Shown in pieces: positions 19,463 through 30,217 of a DNA stretch of 64,000 nt. The notes under the pieces are model-generated. The model was not told the origin of the DNA. It saw nothing but the letters and a program-made list of their open reading frames with translations, and did not search any database. The position numbers and the translations under genes were made by a program. Origin of the DNA: a virus (taxonomy: Duplodnaviria > Caudoviricetes); IMG/VR virus record IMGVR_UViG_3300020046_005360; one strand, written 5' to 3'. Position 1 is the first letter of the stretch, and every line of letters begins with the position of its first letter.

Positions 19463-20566
19463 TTATTTTACGATACCAGCTAATTGTTGCATTCTAAGTA
19501 CAAAATCACTTTCTTGTGTTGTTACTTGTTCGTTTAATGCTCTTGGAGAAGAACCCGCTGGTCTTGAAGCGCTTCCTCTGTTTTCTCTTAATTGAGTAGT
19601 TGGCGTTGTGATTAGAGATTCTTTTAATGTTAAGAAAATATTCTTAGTTTCATTAATATTTCTTCCTCTGTCTAATGCATTAACTACTTTTACTTTTTGA
19701 GATTCTGTTAAATTTTTAGCTTTAAATATTTTATTTACATATAAAAGTTTAGAATTTAACAAATTCATTTCATTAAGTGATTTTCTTTGTTCTGCTATCA
19801 CTTTTTTAGCCTCTTGGAGTTCAGTTGATTCTGCTCTTAATGCGGATCCGGCTGCTGATCCTCCTGCGGCTAATTCTGCTTTAATTTTAGCTAATACTTT
19901 AGGTCCGGCTTTTTTGATCATTGCAATGATATTATCTAATCCAGCGGCTGCTGTATTTGCAGGATCAATTGATCCACCACCCATTTCAGATAAAACTTCA
20001 TCTAAATTAATATCTTCTTCTTCACTTTCTTCTGACTCAGGTTCAAATTCTACTTCACCTTCATCTTCAAATTCTCCTTCAGGCTCTTCTTCACTTAATT
20101 CTAGTTGAACTTGACGAATAATATCTTTAAGTTCATCCACTGTAATTTCACCTACAACATCATCACCTTCAGCGTCTTCTTCTAATTCTAAACCTTCTGC
20201 TCTTAGTGCCGTACCTGCTGCTGCTCCTCCTGCTTCTAATTCTTTTTTAATTTTAGCTAAGATACCTGGAGTTTTTGCTGCTGCTCCTTTAATCATTGAG
20301 ATTAAATTATCCAATCCAGCTGCTGCTGCACCAGAAGGTTCTTGCATCGCTTCATCAACGGCTCCTTCTTGTCCTTCTAATTCGTTAAGTAATTCATCTA
20401 AAGATACTTCTGATTCTTCTTCCATTTCATTTAATTGGCTTGAAAGCATACTTTTAATTTGTGGGGCGAACGATTCAGCCATAGCTAATTTAGCATTACT
20501 AAATGCGGTTTCTCTAATTTCTTTTGCTTCTGCTACTGCGTCTGCAAAAAGTTTTGGTTTTGACAT
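19463..20566 (-). CDS. Prohead scaffold/core protein (gp22-like)
   Basis: Acidic, many L-x-E sites, between protease and capsid; ends RMQQLAGIVK. Confidence 0.8.
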   Translation of the reverse strand: MSKPKLFADAVAEAKEIRETAFSNAKLAMAESFAPQIKSMLSSQLNEMEEESEVSLDELLNELEGQEGAVDEAMQEPSGAAAAGLDNLISMIKGAAAKTPGILAKIKKELEAGGAAAGTALRAEGLELEEDAEGDDVVGEITVDELKDIIRQVQLELSEEEPEGEFEDEGEVEFEPESEESEEEDINLDEVLSEMGGGSIDPANTAAAGLDNIIAMIKKAGPKVLAKIKAELAAGGSAAGSALRAESTELQEAKKVIAEQRKSLNEMNLLNSKLLYVNKIFKAKNLTESQKVKVVNALDRGRNINETKNIFLTLKESLITTPTTQLRENRGSASRPAGSSPRALNEQVTTQESDFVLRMQQLAGIVK

Positions 20567-20761
20567 TAAAATTTATTTTGATTTTTGATTACTTATTGAG
20601 AAAGTAATATAGGAAGTGTTTATTGAGGGAGATCATAATAAGGAATGATCTATCTTATAGTCATAAATATATAAAAAGAGTTCAAAAACAAAAGAAAGGA
20701 AAAAGAAACGCATCCCTTTTGAGGATGCGTCAATCTATAAATACTATTTATAGGGTGGTTA

Positions 20762-21382
20762 TTATCTTAAGCAGCACATTCCTGTCTGAGAGCAAACAAT
20801 TTCTGATATTATTTCGTTTAATTTATCGTATTTAGAATTAGTTTTTGGTATATAATTTTCATTAAGACCTAAAGGTTTAACGAATGCTCCTTGTGTTGAT
20901 GGTTCTGATACTATATCCCAACAAACTAAAGAAAGGTCGTCTTGAACTTCTACAGTACCTTCACCTAAACTTTGCACTGAACCCATAGCTCTAGATGATA
21001 TACCTATTTGCACTCCACCTTTTACTAATGCTTTTACTATATTACCTGAAGGGGTGTCTAATATTAAAAGCTTAGCTTTTACATCATCTCCATCCCACCA
21101 AACCTCTGTTATTCTGTGGCAAACGTTTTTTAAATTGACAACTTGACTATCAGGGTGATCTAATTCTCCTGTTGCTCTATTTTCAACAACGGGACCATTT
21201 TTATAGTTTTCAATTTCTCTTTCAAGTATATTTTTGGGGTAAATCCTTCCATTTTGATTTTTAGCATCAGCACGTTGAATAATACCTTCAAGAATTAAAT
21301 CACCACTATTATGTTTAATACTCTCATTAATAGATTTAGGGTCGAGTTTAAGTGGAAAGTGTTCTATTAATAATTGCTTCAT
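20762..21382 (-). CDS. Prohead core protease (gp21-like)
   Basis: NQNGRIYP, GELDHP, GISSRAMGS, DIVSEPS. Confidence 0.93.
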   Translation of the reverse strand: MKQLLIEHFPLKLDPKSINESIKHNSGDLILEGIIQRADAKNQNGRIYPKNILEREIENYKNGPVVENRATGELDHPDSQVVNLKNVCHRITEVWWDGDDVKAKLLILDTPSGNIVKALVKGGVQIGISSRAMGSVQSLGEGTVEVQDDLSLVCWDIVSEPSTQGAFVKPLGLNENYIPKTNSKYDKLNEIISEIVCSQTGMCCLR

Positions 21383-22620
21383 TATACTCTACTTTTAGTT
21401 AATTGAACGCCTTTAGTTCTAGCATTATTTATTATACCAGCAGCTTCATTATCATCTTTAGCATATTGAACATTACCCGCTTTATCTTTTACCACAACAG
21501 CTTCTTCCATACCATATTTACCACTTGTAATTTTATTTAATTCAGTAGCAATTTCATCTAAGACATCATCATCTTCTAAATCATGTTCAGTTAATCCCCA
21601 ATCTTCAACTATTTGTCCTACAATTTTTCTTTGTTGAGGAGTTAATTCATCTAAATCTAATTCAGGAGCTCTTTCACAATCAGAACATTCTTCTCCTTCT
21701 AAATCCTCTTTTAAACTATTCATTAGTTTATACATTTCAGGAACATCATCTTCCTCCCAAATTTCCATATCTATCATATAATCTACCAAATCATCCCAAC
21801 TATTTATAGATAAGACATCTTCATCTTCATTTTCTTGCGAAATTAAATTTTTAAAATTTTGAAACTTTAAAGGATTATTTACTTTTATTTCTTTTAATTT
21901 TTTATTTTGACTTATAAGTTGTTTTCCCCCTGCTTGTTGATTATTATTAAATGTAAATAATATATCTCCTTCATAACCATCTTCTATATTTTCTATTTTT
22001 ACATCATAAGGTTTTCCTAATCGTACTCCAAGTATTCTATCCCCAATTTGAACTTTAGAAGGATCAAAATCTGGTATATATTTATTTAATTTCCATATCT
22101 TGTTGGGGGTATTTACTTTTATTTCTTTTAATTTTTTTAATTGATTTGGAGCAGTAAAGTCTTTTTTTAATTCTTCTGGTCTAAGATTTTCTTTCTCTGT
22201 TTTTTTCTCAGCATCAGAATAACATTTTTTAGTGTAGTAGTAAGGGTCAGAAGTAAGATTTTTTAATACTTTACGTTGTGTTGAAACCATTTCTTCTTCT
22301 GTAGGCATGTTTTGACCAACAGCAAGTTGAGTTAATTCCAATTCATAGTTGATTCCTTTTCCATATTCGTATGGTGAAACTTGGTCAATCGTAAAAGATT
22401 CAATTTCTGGTAGTTTAGGATTTTTATCTGCTTTATATTTTGGGACTAAATCCTTATTTTCGGTAATAATAGATTTTGATTTTAGAATTTGAATGGTGTC
22501 TTTCAACGAGTTAAATTTAGTAATCATAGGAAGTCTAGGATCACGACGTACTTCGTAAAGGAATTTTTCTTCGCTTATAATACCCTGTACTAATTGATTA
22601 TATAGTGTTTGTGCTGTCAT
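21382..22620 (-). CDS. Head-associated protein with two EIKVNxP modules
   Basis: KGINYE...NLTSDPYYY domain then LKEIKVNTP and LKEIKVNNP. Confidence 0.65.
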   Translation of the reverse strand: MTAQTLYNQLVQGIISEEKFLYEVRRDPRLPMITKFNSLKDTIQILKSKSIITENKDLVPKYKADKNPKLPEIESFTIDQVSPYEYGKGINYELELTQLAVGQNMPTEEEMVSTQRKVLKNLTSDPYYYTKKCYSDAEKKTEKENLRPEELKKDFTAPNQLKKLKEIKVNTPNKIWKLNKYIPDFDPSKVQIGDRILGVRLGKPYDVKIENIEDGYEGDILFTFNNNQQAGGKQLISQNKKLKEIKVNNPLKFQNFKNLISQENEDEDVLSINSWDDLVDYMIDMEIWEEDDVPEMYKLMNSLKEDLEGEECSDCERAPELDLDELTPQQRKIVGQIVEDWGLTEHDLEDDDVLDEIATELNKITSGKYGMEEAVVVKDKAGNVQYAKDDNEAAGIINNARTKGVQLTKSRV

Positions 22621-23615
22621 TTATTTTTGGTTTATTATTTTATTCAAATCTGAAATTAAATCTTTTTTATCTTGATTATCTAATTCTTCCCACCATTGTC
22701 CTTGGTCTGCAAAAGTAGGGTACCCATACATTTCGAGAGTATTATCAGTTTCTTTTTCACTTACTTTATCCCCATCATCATTAATTTACGTAAATCCTCA
22801 AGTTCTAAAGTGACTATATTAGGGTTATTTATTTTTATCTCGTTTATTTTAGAAATATTTGAAAATGCTTCTTTTAGTTTATTCTGAATTTTATATAATG
22901 AATCTTTAGTACGTTTTAGATATTCTATTTCCTGATCATTTTCCTGTAATTCACCTTTAATACGAGTAGTAAATTCAATAAGACGATTTACTTCATCTAA
23001 TTTTAATTGTATCTCTTTTATCGCGCGATGAAGGATTTCTCTTGGTTTAGGTTTAGAAGTAGATTTTTTAAATTGGGTGTAACGAGATTCTGATAGTGTA
23101 TTTTTTATTTGTAATGATTTGTTATTTTGTTGTAACCAATTTAATATCTTATTAACATCATTGGATTCGAATTCTGGTTCTGTTGTATAATCGTCTCCCG
23201 GTTTATTGAAATCGTAAATCTCAAATTCTCCATCAAATTGGTTTAAATCTTTATATCTTCTTATGACAATATTATCTTCTAAAAATATTTCACCTTGATC
23301 TTTTAGATTTAAAATAGCGTCTTTTAATTCTTGATTATTTGGATTATTAATTTTGATTTCTTCCAAATGTTCTCCTTTCCACAAATCTTTACTATTTAAT
23401 CTATCTTTAGGGTCAACTATTTTAAACTTCATAGTTTTAGTATACATGTTTGGTTTAGGAGATGATTCGAATCCTGTTGGTGAGTTTTTATCTTTTTTGG
23501 TTGGTTTACGGAATGCTTTTTTAGTTAAATACCCTCCTGCGTCACCTGATGTAGATGTCTCTAGTAATTCACGGCAGTAGGCCTTGATTGAGGATTTTAA
23601 AATTTTATTATCCAC
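22621..23615 (-). CDS. Head-associated protein with two EIKINNP modules; last module frameshifted near 22785
   Basis: ORF 22761..23615 plus a -1 frame continuing to TAA at 22621, abutting the next ATG. Confidence 0.6.
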
Positions 23616-24457
23616 TATAGTCTAGATATTTCTTTATTTAACTCAGTGTATTGAAGTAATGATACAACATAGTCGTCTTTCATTTTTTTAGATTCAAGAA
23701 TAGGGTCAATTAAACTAATTATCTCATTTACTTTTATAGTAACAACTTGATCATCAATTTTTGATCTGTTTTCTATTAAGTCTGATTTTAGTTTATTGAA
23801 TTCTTTATTTATAAATTCTTTTAAAAATGAAGAGTTTGATATATTGTTGATATATGTTTTAAGTATATTCTTTTGATTTTTATCTAACCCATCATATTTC
23901 TCGTTGAATTTTTCTAACATCACAGTATAGACTAGATGTCTTTCACCTTTCTCAAGATGAGATAATTCTTGATAAATTTGAGTTTCATTCTCTAATTTTT
24001 GTTCAACCAAATAATCAATTATATTATCTTTAGAAGATATTAATATATTAGGGTTTGGATTATCAACAAAATTGGATTCTATTAAAGTATATATTGAAGC
24101 CAATACTTTATAATTATCTAAAGATGCTTTAAAGAAATCTTCGATATCATATGAATTTTTTATCTCTTTAATTAAATTATATTTTTCACTATTTAATTTC
24201 TTTCTATCTAAACGTGAAGACAATTCTGATATCGTATTAATTACATTATTAGCTTTACTTTCTGTTAGATTTTGGGAGCTTATTAAAGTTTGGTATAATC
24301 TATTTTCTTTAGATATTTCTGTATTGGTAAAATATTTTTTTAAAATACCGATAGCCTTAGACTCGTTTGTAGTAATAGTTTCGTTTGTGATTTTTCTTAC
24401 TAGGAGTTCAAATAATATTCCAGAATTTTTGTACTTACTATGGGATATTTTATTCAT
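23615..24457 (-). CDS. Hypothetical head-module protein
   Basis: 280 aa ORF directly downstream of portal. Confidence 0.6.
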   Translation of the reverse strand: MNKISHSKYKNSGILFELLVRKITNETITTNESKAIGILKKYFTNTEISKENRLYQTLISSQNLTESKANNVINTISELSSRLDRKKLNSEKYNLIKEIKNSYDIEDFFKASLDNYKVLASIYTLIESNFVDNPNPNILISSKDNIIDYLVEQKLENETQIYQELSHLEKGERHLVYTVMLEKFNEKYDGLDKNQKNILKTYINNISNSSFLKEFINKEFNKLKSDLIENRSKIDDQVVTIKVNEIISLIDPILESKKMKDDYVVSLLQYTELNKEISRL

Positions 24458-24482
24458 TAATATATCAATTTACTTATAAATA

Positions 24483-26396
24483 TTAGATTATTTGGTCTTC
24501 ATTTAAGATATTATCCTCATTTAACATATTACTTTCTTCAAATAATTTAGTTTTACGGGGAGGAAATATATCTTTATTTTTGGCATACACAGAATATGTA
24601 TTTTCTAATCTTAATTCACCTTTTTTAGTTGGAGGATTTAAACTATCTCCATCACTATTATCTTTTTTCATACCATACGAACCTGTACGATCTTTTCCTA
24701 ACCCACTTTCTTGAGTGTTATAAGTTGAAGCGTGTTCTTTAGGTCTACCTAAAATAGCATCAGGTACTACGTCAGATTCAGGATCATATCCTTTAGGTAC
24801 ACCACCACTTCCAGGATATCTATTTTTTGGTTGTAAAGAGGCTAAATGTGCTGGAGTTCCATATACTTCATTACTTTCATTCGGATCGTTCCCTTCACTT
24901 TCAATTTGAGATATTCTAAACTTACGTTTTTTATCTTCAATAATAAGATCTCTATATTCCTCATATTGATTTTGAGAAAAGTGGAAAATATTATCGTAAA
25001 CCCAATCTGATGGTACTAAATTATTCTCAAGCAATGTAACAGCTAAATCTGCTTTTTCTTTAAGTAGTGCTGTTCTTTCTTGGTCATAAATTATAGAAGG
25101 AGTAGTTAAGGATAAGGTAAAATTAGTTAATGCTTCACCATCATATCCTTGGGCATATAAATGCACTAAAGCTATTTTAGTTAATTCAGATACTAATATT
25201 TTTTGTATACGTTCTACTGTACGAGCAAATCTAATATCTTCTGCAGCAAGTGTACTTTTACCACTTAAATCTTTTTCATATCCAAAATAAGCTTTTGGAA
25301 CTTTTAATGCAGCAAACAATTTATCTCTAAGGTAATTGATATCATCAATAGCCATATATTCAAGGCCTTTTGTAGTATCAATTTTAGTTGCAGTATCATT
25401 ACCCCTTACCGGAATATAGAAATCTTCTAATATATTTTGTATATTATATTTTAAATTATATTCTCCCGTTTTAGGATCAACATATGGAGTTTTTTTCATC
25501 TTATTGATGGTTTTCTGCATATATTGTTCTACCTCATTAGGTGGGATATTACCAACATTTATAAAGAATGTTCTTTTTTCAGGAGCTCTAACTATTCTAT
25601 GAATAAGCATAGCATCCTCCATCAATGTAAGTTGTTTAAATATTTTACGAGCAGGTTCAAGATAACTACGTCCATAAGGAAGATAATTATAATCCGCTAA
25701 TAGGCGGAAATGAGCCATCTCATAATTTTTGAACTCTTGTTTATCACCATTTAAATTATTATAAGCTTGATGACCATATGGAGATTGTTGTGTGGCGTAA
25801 GTAGGATCATATACAAATTTTACTTCCATAGGATTTTCAGGGTTTTCACCTTCTAATCTTACTATAGTATATGATGAATATGGTATAACATTATATACAC
25901 CATACTTTTCTGATATTTCTAATTTAAGATAAAAATCACCATATTTACACATATTTCTAGTCCACGACCATAAATTGAATTCTATATTTAAAATATCATA
26001 AAATAGATTGTATAATATTTTTTGCATAGTTTCATCTGAACTACGTATTTGTAAAGTTTCTCCAAAATCATTTCGTAAAGATACTTCATCTGATATTATA
26101 TCCAGAGTAGAAGCTATAATAGAATCAGTATCCATAGCTTCATAATCAGTATATAACTGTACTCTTGTTGTTGGGACTTGATTTATACTATTATATTGGT
26201 TTCTTCCAGATGTAGTGTAAATTTTGTTATATCTATCGTGTTGGGAATTTGTAACTAATTCTCCTTGTTTTTGGACATCATTAATATCCACAACTTTAAG
26301 TTGGTTACCTCCTGTATTGTGAAGTACTACATCTGTAGAGAATAATTTCTCTATTTTTTGAAAAAACGTCTTATTTTGTTTTGGAGTTTCTTCCAT
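24483..26396 (-). CDS. Portal protein (gp20-like)
   Basis: LMEDAMLIHRIVRAPEKR, EDFYIPVRG, ALKVP. Confidence 0.95.
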   Translation of the reverse strand: MEETPKQNKTFFQKIEKLFSTDVVLHNTGGNQLKVVDINDVQKQGELVTNSQHDRYNKIYTTSGRNQYNSINQVPTTRVQLYTDYEAMDTDSIIASTLDIISDEVSLRNDFGETLQIRSSDETMQKILYNLFYDILNIEFNLWSWTRNMCKYGDFYLKLEISEKYGVYNVIPYSSYTIVRLEGENPENPMEVKFVYDPTYATQQSPYGHQAYNNLNGDKQEFKNYEMAHFRLLADYNYLPYGRSYLEPARKIFKQLTLMEDAMLIHRIVRAPEKRTFFINVGNIPPNEVEQYMQKTINKMKKTPYVDPKTGEYNLKYNIQNILEDFYIPVRGNDTATKIDTTKGLEYMAIDDINYLRDKLFAALKVPKAYFGYEKDLSGKSTLAAEDIRFARTVERIQKILVSELTKIALVHLYAQGYDGEALTNFTLSLTTPSIIYDQERTALLKEKADLAVTLLENNLVPSDWVYDNIFHFSQNQYEEYRDLIIEDKKRKFRISQIESEGNDPNESNEVYGTPAHLASLQPKNRYPGSGGVPKGYDPESDVVPDAILGRPKEHASTYNTQESGLGKDRTGSYGMKKDNSDGDSLNPPTKKGELRLENTYSVYAKNKDIFPPRKTKLFEESNMLNEDNILNEDQII

Positions 26397-26420
26397 ATTT
26401 ATTTTATAATTTATTTAATT

Positions 26421-29201
26421 TTAGCCTAATAACCAGGTTAAGTCTTCTACACCCCCATGTCCATCTTGCATGCGATATGGATTTTGTTCATATGGATTAT
26501 TATATACAGCAGGAGTAGCATAATTTACACTTGTGAAACCATTTAATACTGCTCTCGATAATTCTTCACTTTGTTTTTGATACATTAGTGTTGTTTCTCT
26601 CAAGAATAAAAATATTCCAATAGGTAAAACTAAGTCATCATTATGACCTTGTTGTGCTTGTGGTCTACCATTTTTATATATAAATGTTCTAATCTCTTCT
26701 AATGCACGTTTTGAAAATATATCAACTGAATATTCGTTCATATACGAAATTAGTTTTGAGATGACAAGTGGTCTTGTCTTTTGGGTCATAGAAAATCCAG
26801 GAACCATACCTACATTACTATTATACTTAGATAAATATTGCTCCGAATCAATAGGGTTGTCTATTTTTGGAGAATAATATAAGTTTTTATATTCTTTGTC
26901 TATCATTCTACCTACAACGTCCCATCCTATACTTGCATTTTCGATAACACACAAAGCGTTATTCCATTCAACACAAGCTGCATGTATAACATTAGCAAAA
27001 TCTTTAGTAGGTAATTGAGATTTAAATTCAGCTACTTGACGACATAATTCTATATCAAAAACATGGAATGTAGAACTGTCTGCTCCATCTCCACGAGCAA
27101 CATCGGCAATAAGTGCGTAAGATCGAGAATAATCAGGTATTTCAAATATCCAATATTCTCCATTTAACCCTCTACGTTCAAGAGGTTCTCGTGCTATATT
27201 TTTAGTATAATAATTTAATACATCAGTATCGATGACCGATTCACCACTCGTGATGAAATCTGCGTCACAATTATGTACTATACCATACTCTGTTACATAA
27301 GTGTGTGTATTTTCAACTTCAAAATTATATACTTGTATTTTTTCTGATGAAGGATTTAATTGTAATATAGTTAATGGAATCCCATTATCAATCATAAATT
27401 TAGTAGTCTTTCTATTATTAACTACTGTATTATAATTTTTTATTCTCTTACTAAATATTTTTTCATTCGAATCAATCTTAGTATTACTATAAGTTAATAT
27501 AGTACTATTTTTACATTGATATTCTTTTCCTAATATAATATTAGTACCTTCTTTTTTATTTATTGATATTGTTGTATTATATAACCCCAACAAATTACTT
27601 ATATATAAAGAATCATACACTAGTCTTTCAGATGTTAAACCTAATTTACAATTGTAATCAGATTTTAACATTCCATCTCCAACCATTATACCATCAAGTA
27701 TACCTTTTAGAGTTTCTTTATTACTATTTTCCCATACAAAAGAACTTATATGTTTATCTTGACAATATTTTCCTCCATCAATACATAACTCTATGAATTT
27801 AAGAAATATTTGGTTTTTAACATATAAATTAGCTCCTTTATCTCGTTTACTAAGGTAATGAGAAAATATACTTATATTAAACTTTTTATTAATATAATTT
27901 TGTAATATTAAAGGCCATGAATGTTCTTCACTCTCTGTTTCTCCATTATACGAAAATGAAACTACATTATTCCAATAACTACCTTCAGATAAAAAACAAC
28001 CTATAATAAAACCTAATTCATAATCAAATTCTATATGTCGATGTACGTAAGATTTTTTATTAATCCAAATTGATTCATCATTAGATTTTAGAGGAAAATA
28101 TTGTGGATTATTAACTTTGATATAATCTAATAAATCTATTTTGGAAGGATTATCATACTGATTTATGTTAGTTGGAAATAACTGTATATATTGATTATGA
28201 TCATATATACTTTCAACTGTAGTCCATTTATTAACAATGTTTAAGAAAGGATGATTACCTGTTGTATATTTTTGAATATTATTAATCCCATTTTTGATTT
28301 CATATAAATTGTTTTCCTCTATATGATTAAATGTTTTTAATACCTTATTAAAAGTTCCATCATGACTTAATACTATATCTCCTTCTTGGATGTCTTTAAT
28401 ATATTTAGGTCCTAATTTTGTATACACAATTGTATCTCCTGAGAAACATTCTTGTGCTGCATGTTTTACACCTAAATCTCTATCTTGTTGGTCTCTCCAA
28501 GTTTGGTCTCGTTCTGGATGGACAGTCCAAGGAAGTAAAAGTGGAACAAAACTGTTTAATTTCTCTTGTGCTTTGGTAAATTCTTTATAAAACCAATTAC
28601 CCGTTCCATTTGGTGATGATAATGCGATACAAGAACCCCCAGTAGCTAGGGTTTGTTGAGCACCAGTAAAGATTCTTTCAATATTATCAATAAATGCGGC
28701 CTCATCTATTACAAGTAAAGTAACGGCTTCAGATCTTGATGCATTATCAGTTGCGGGTTTAGCTTGTATTTGAGAACCGTTTACTAACTTAAGTAATAAT
28801 TTATTATTCTCTGTATCTTTTAATCTTAACCAAGATGGAAGTTGATCGTATGAAAATCGTACTTTAGTAATTAAGTTTTTCGCTGTATCTTGCGTAGTAG
28901 CTAATACAAGAATATTCTTATCCTTATGGAATAACATTAACCAAAGTGAGAAAGCAGAAACTAGGGTTGATATACCTAGCTGCCTCGATTTATTAATTAT
29001 ACTCCACTCCCCCTTTTGAAAACGCCTTAATAGTGTTTCTTGGAATGGATATAGATTAAATAACATCCTACCTCGTTGTGGATGTTGTATATAATAATAT
29101 TTTTTACAGAAGTATACAGGGTCACTGGCACATTTATAAAATTCGTCTTTAACTAATTCCTTAAATGATTTTTGTGGTATTATATTTTCTTCTTGTGCCA
29201 T
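26421..29201 (-). CDS. Terminase large subunit (gp17-like), intein-containing
   Basis: KSRQLGIST Walker A, LLVIDEAAF Walker B, SSPNG, DVARGDG, HNDDLV. Confidence 0.95.
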   Translation of the reverse strand: MAQEENIIPQKSFKELVKDEFYKCASDPVYFCKKYYYIQHPQRGRMLFNLYPFQETLLRRFQKGEWSIINKSRQLGISTLVSAFSLWLMLFHKDKNILVLATTQDTAKNLITKVRFSYDQLPSWLRLKDTENNKLLLKLVNGSQIQAKPATDNASRSEAVTLLVIDEAAFIDNIERIFTGAQQTLATGGSCIALSSPNGTGNWFYKEFTKAQEKLNSFVPLLLPWTVHPERDQTWRDQQDRDLGVKHAAQECFSGDTIVYTKLGPKYIKDIQEGDIVLSHDGTFNKVLKTFNHIEENNLYEIKNGINNIQKYTTGNHPFLNIVNKWTTVESIYDHNQYIQLFPTNINQYDNPSKIDLLDYIKVNNPQYFPLKSNDESIWINKKSYVHRHIEFDYELGFIIGCFLSEGSYWNNVVSFSYNGETESEEHSWPLILQNYINKKFNISIFSHYLSKRDKGANLYVKNQIFLKFIELCIDGGKYCQDKHISSFVWENSNKETLKGILDGIMVGDGMLKSDYNCKLGLTSERLVYDSLYISNLLGLYNTTISINKKEGTNIILGKEYQCKNSTILTYSNTKIDSNEKIFSKRIKNYNTVVNNRKTTKFMIDNGIPLTILQLNPSSEKIQVYNFEVENTHTYVTEYGIVHNCDADFITSGESVIDTDVLNYYTKNIAREPLERRGLNGEYWIFEIPDYSRSYALIADVARGDGADSSTFHVFDIELCRQVAEFKSQLPTKDFANVIHAACVEWNNALCVIENASIGWDVVGRMIDKEYKNLYYSPKIDNPIDSEQYLSKYNSNVGMVPGFSMTQKTRPLVISKLISYMNEYSVDIFSKRALEEIRTFIYKNGRPQAQQGHNDDLVLPIGIFLFLRETTLMYQKQSEELSRAVLNGFTSVNYATPAVYNNPYEQNPYRMQDGHGGVEDLTWLLG
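27270..28448 (-). mobile_element. Intein (393 aa) with LAGLIDADG endonuclease
   Basis: Begins CFSGDT, TGNHPF block B, IGCFLSEG and DGIMVGDG motifs, ends VYNFEV...VHN followed by extein Cys. Confidence 0.93.
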
Positions 29202-30097
29202 TACTCTTTATATTTTTCTATTCTATAATTATTATATTTACCATCTATGGAATTAATACAACGTTTAATATTCCATTCACTAATACCTAAACTTCTAATA
29301 TCTTTTAAATTTTTGAATATATGTATATTATTTTCTATATAAACTTTATAACCACATTTTCTTTTTATCTTTGGTATATTATTGTTTTTATCATAAATAT
29401 CATTAGCGTATGCAAATCTAAAATTTTTTATTTTTTGATATTTTCCAGTACAACAATCTCCAATTCCACTAGATCCTATACCTAACTCATTACTAGCTTC
29501 TGTAGTTGAGTTAAATTTTTTAATAAAATTCCAATCTAAATCAAATTGAATTACTTCATTACTAGATTTACCTGTTAATATATAATCACATTCCAAAGGA
29601 TCATTTGAATGTCTCCAAATAAAATCTCCACTAGTCTTATAAATTTTATTACAACAATTAGCTATATTACCTCTATCTATTTTTAATTTAATAGAAGCAT
29701 CTAATATACTCTCCCATTCTTTAATAAAATTACCTTCTAAATCATATTGTAATACAGGTTTATTTCTTTTTCCAATATTATTTTCCTTTATAATATTTTT
29801 AGTTAATTCAGAATGAAATTCAGGACCGCTTCCACCTTTCTTTCTAACATTCATTATTTCAAATCCTAAAAATCTAAAATAATTAATCCAAAATGTTTCT
29901 AGAGGTTCCCAGTCTTCACGACTTAGAGAGTTAACTTCATCTATGTAATCATAATTTATATTTTGACCATAAGTTTTCTTATGATCATTTTTTCTTGAAC
30001 CTTTTGTTTTACCTATATAAATTTTATTTGGATTACCAAAACAATTTGTAACTAGGTAAATTTTTGTAATTTGAGAGGAAGATGTTATATTTATCAT
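29201..30097 (-). CDS. GIY-YIG homing endonuclease with NUMOD1-like repeats
   Basis: KIYLV...IYIGKT; VLQYDLEGNFIKEWES repeats. Confidence 0.8.
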   Translation of the reverse strand: MINITSSSQITKIYLVTNCFGNPNKIYIGKTKGSRKNDHKKTYGQNINYDYIDEVNSLSREDWEPLETFWINYFRFLGFEIMNVRKKGGSGPEFHSELTKNIIKENNIGKRNKPVLQYDLEGNFIKEWESILDASIKLKIDRGNIANCCNKIYKTSGDFIWRHSNDPLECDYILTGKSSNEVIQFDLDWNFIKKFNSTTEASNELGIGSSGIGDCCTGKYQKIKNFRFAYANDIYDKNNNIPKIKRKCGYKVYIENNIHIFKNLKDIRSLGISEWNIKRCINSIDGKYNNYRIEKYKE

Positions 30098-30121
30098 CGT
30101 GATATTATTATTGTTAGCACG

Positions 30122-30160
30122 TATAAATATTACTTCCTTAAGCCTCTATTCAGAGGCTTT
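30122..30160 (-). promoter_or_regulatory. Hairpin plus ATATTTATA motif at the left end of a GIY-YIG element
   Basis: 38/40 identical to 48721-48760. Confidence 0.7.
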
Positions 30161-30216
30161 ATTTGTTTTACTAACTCTTTAAACGATAAGGTGGGTTGAT
30201 TTTGATTTTCTTCCAT
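30130..30216 (-). pseudogene. Stub of terminase 5' end
   Basis: MEENQNQPTLSFKELVK... vs terminase MAQEENIIPQKSFKELVK. Confidence 0.75.
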
Positions 30217-30217
30217 A

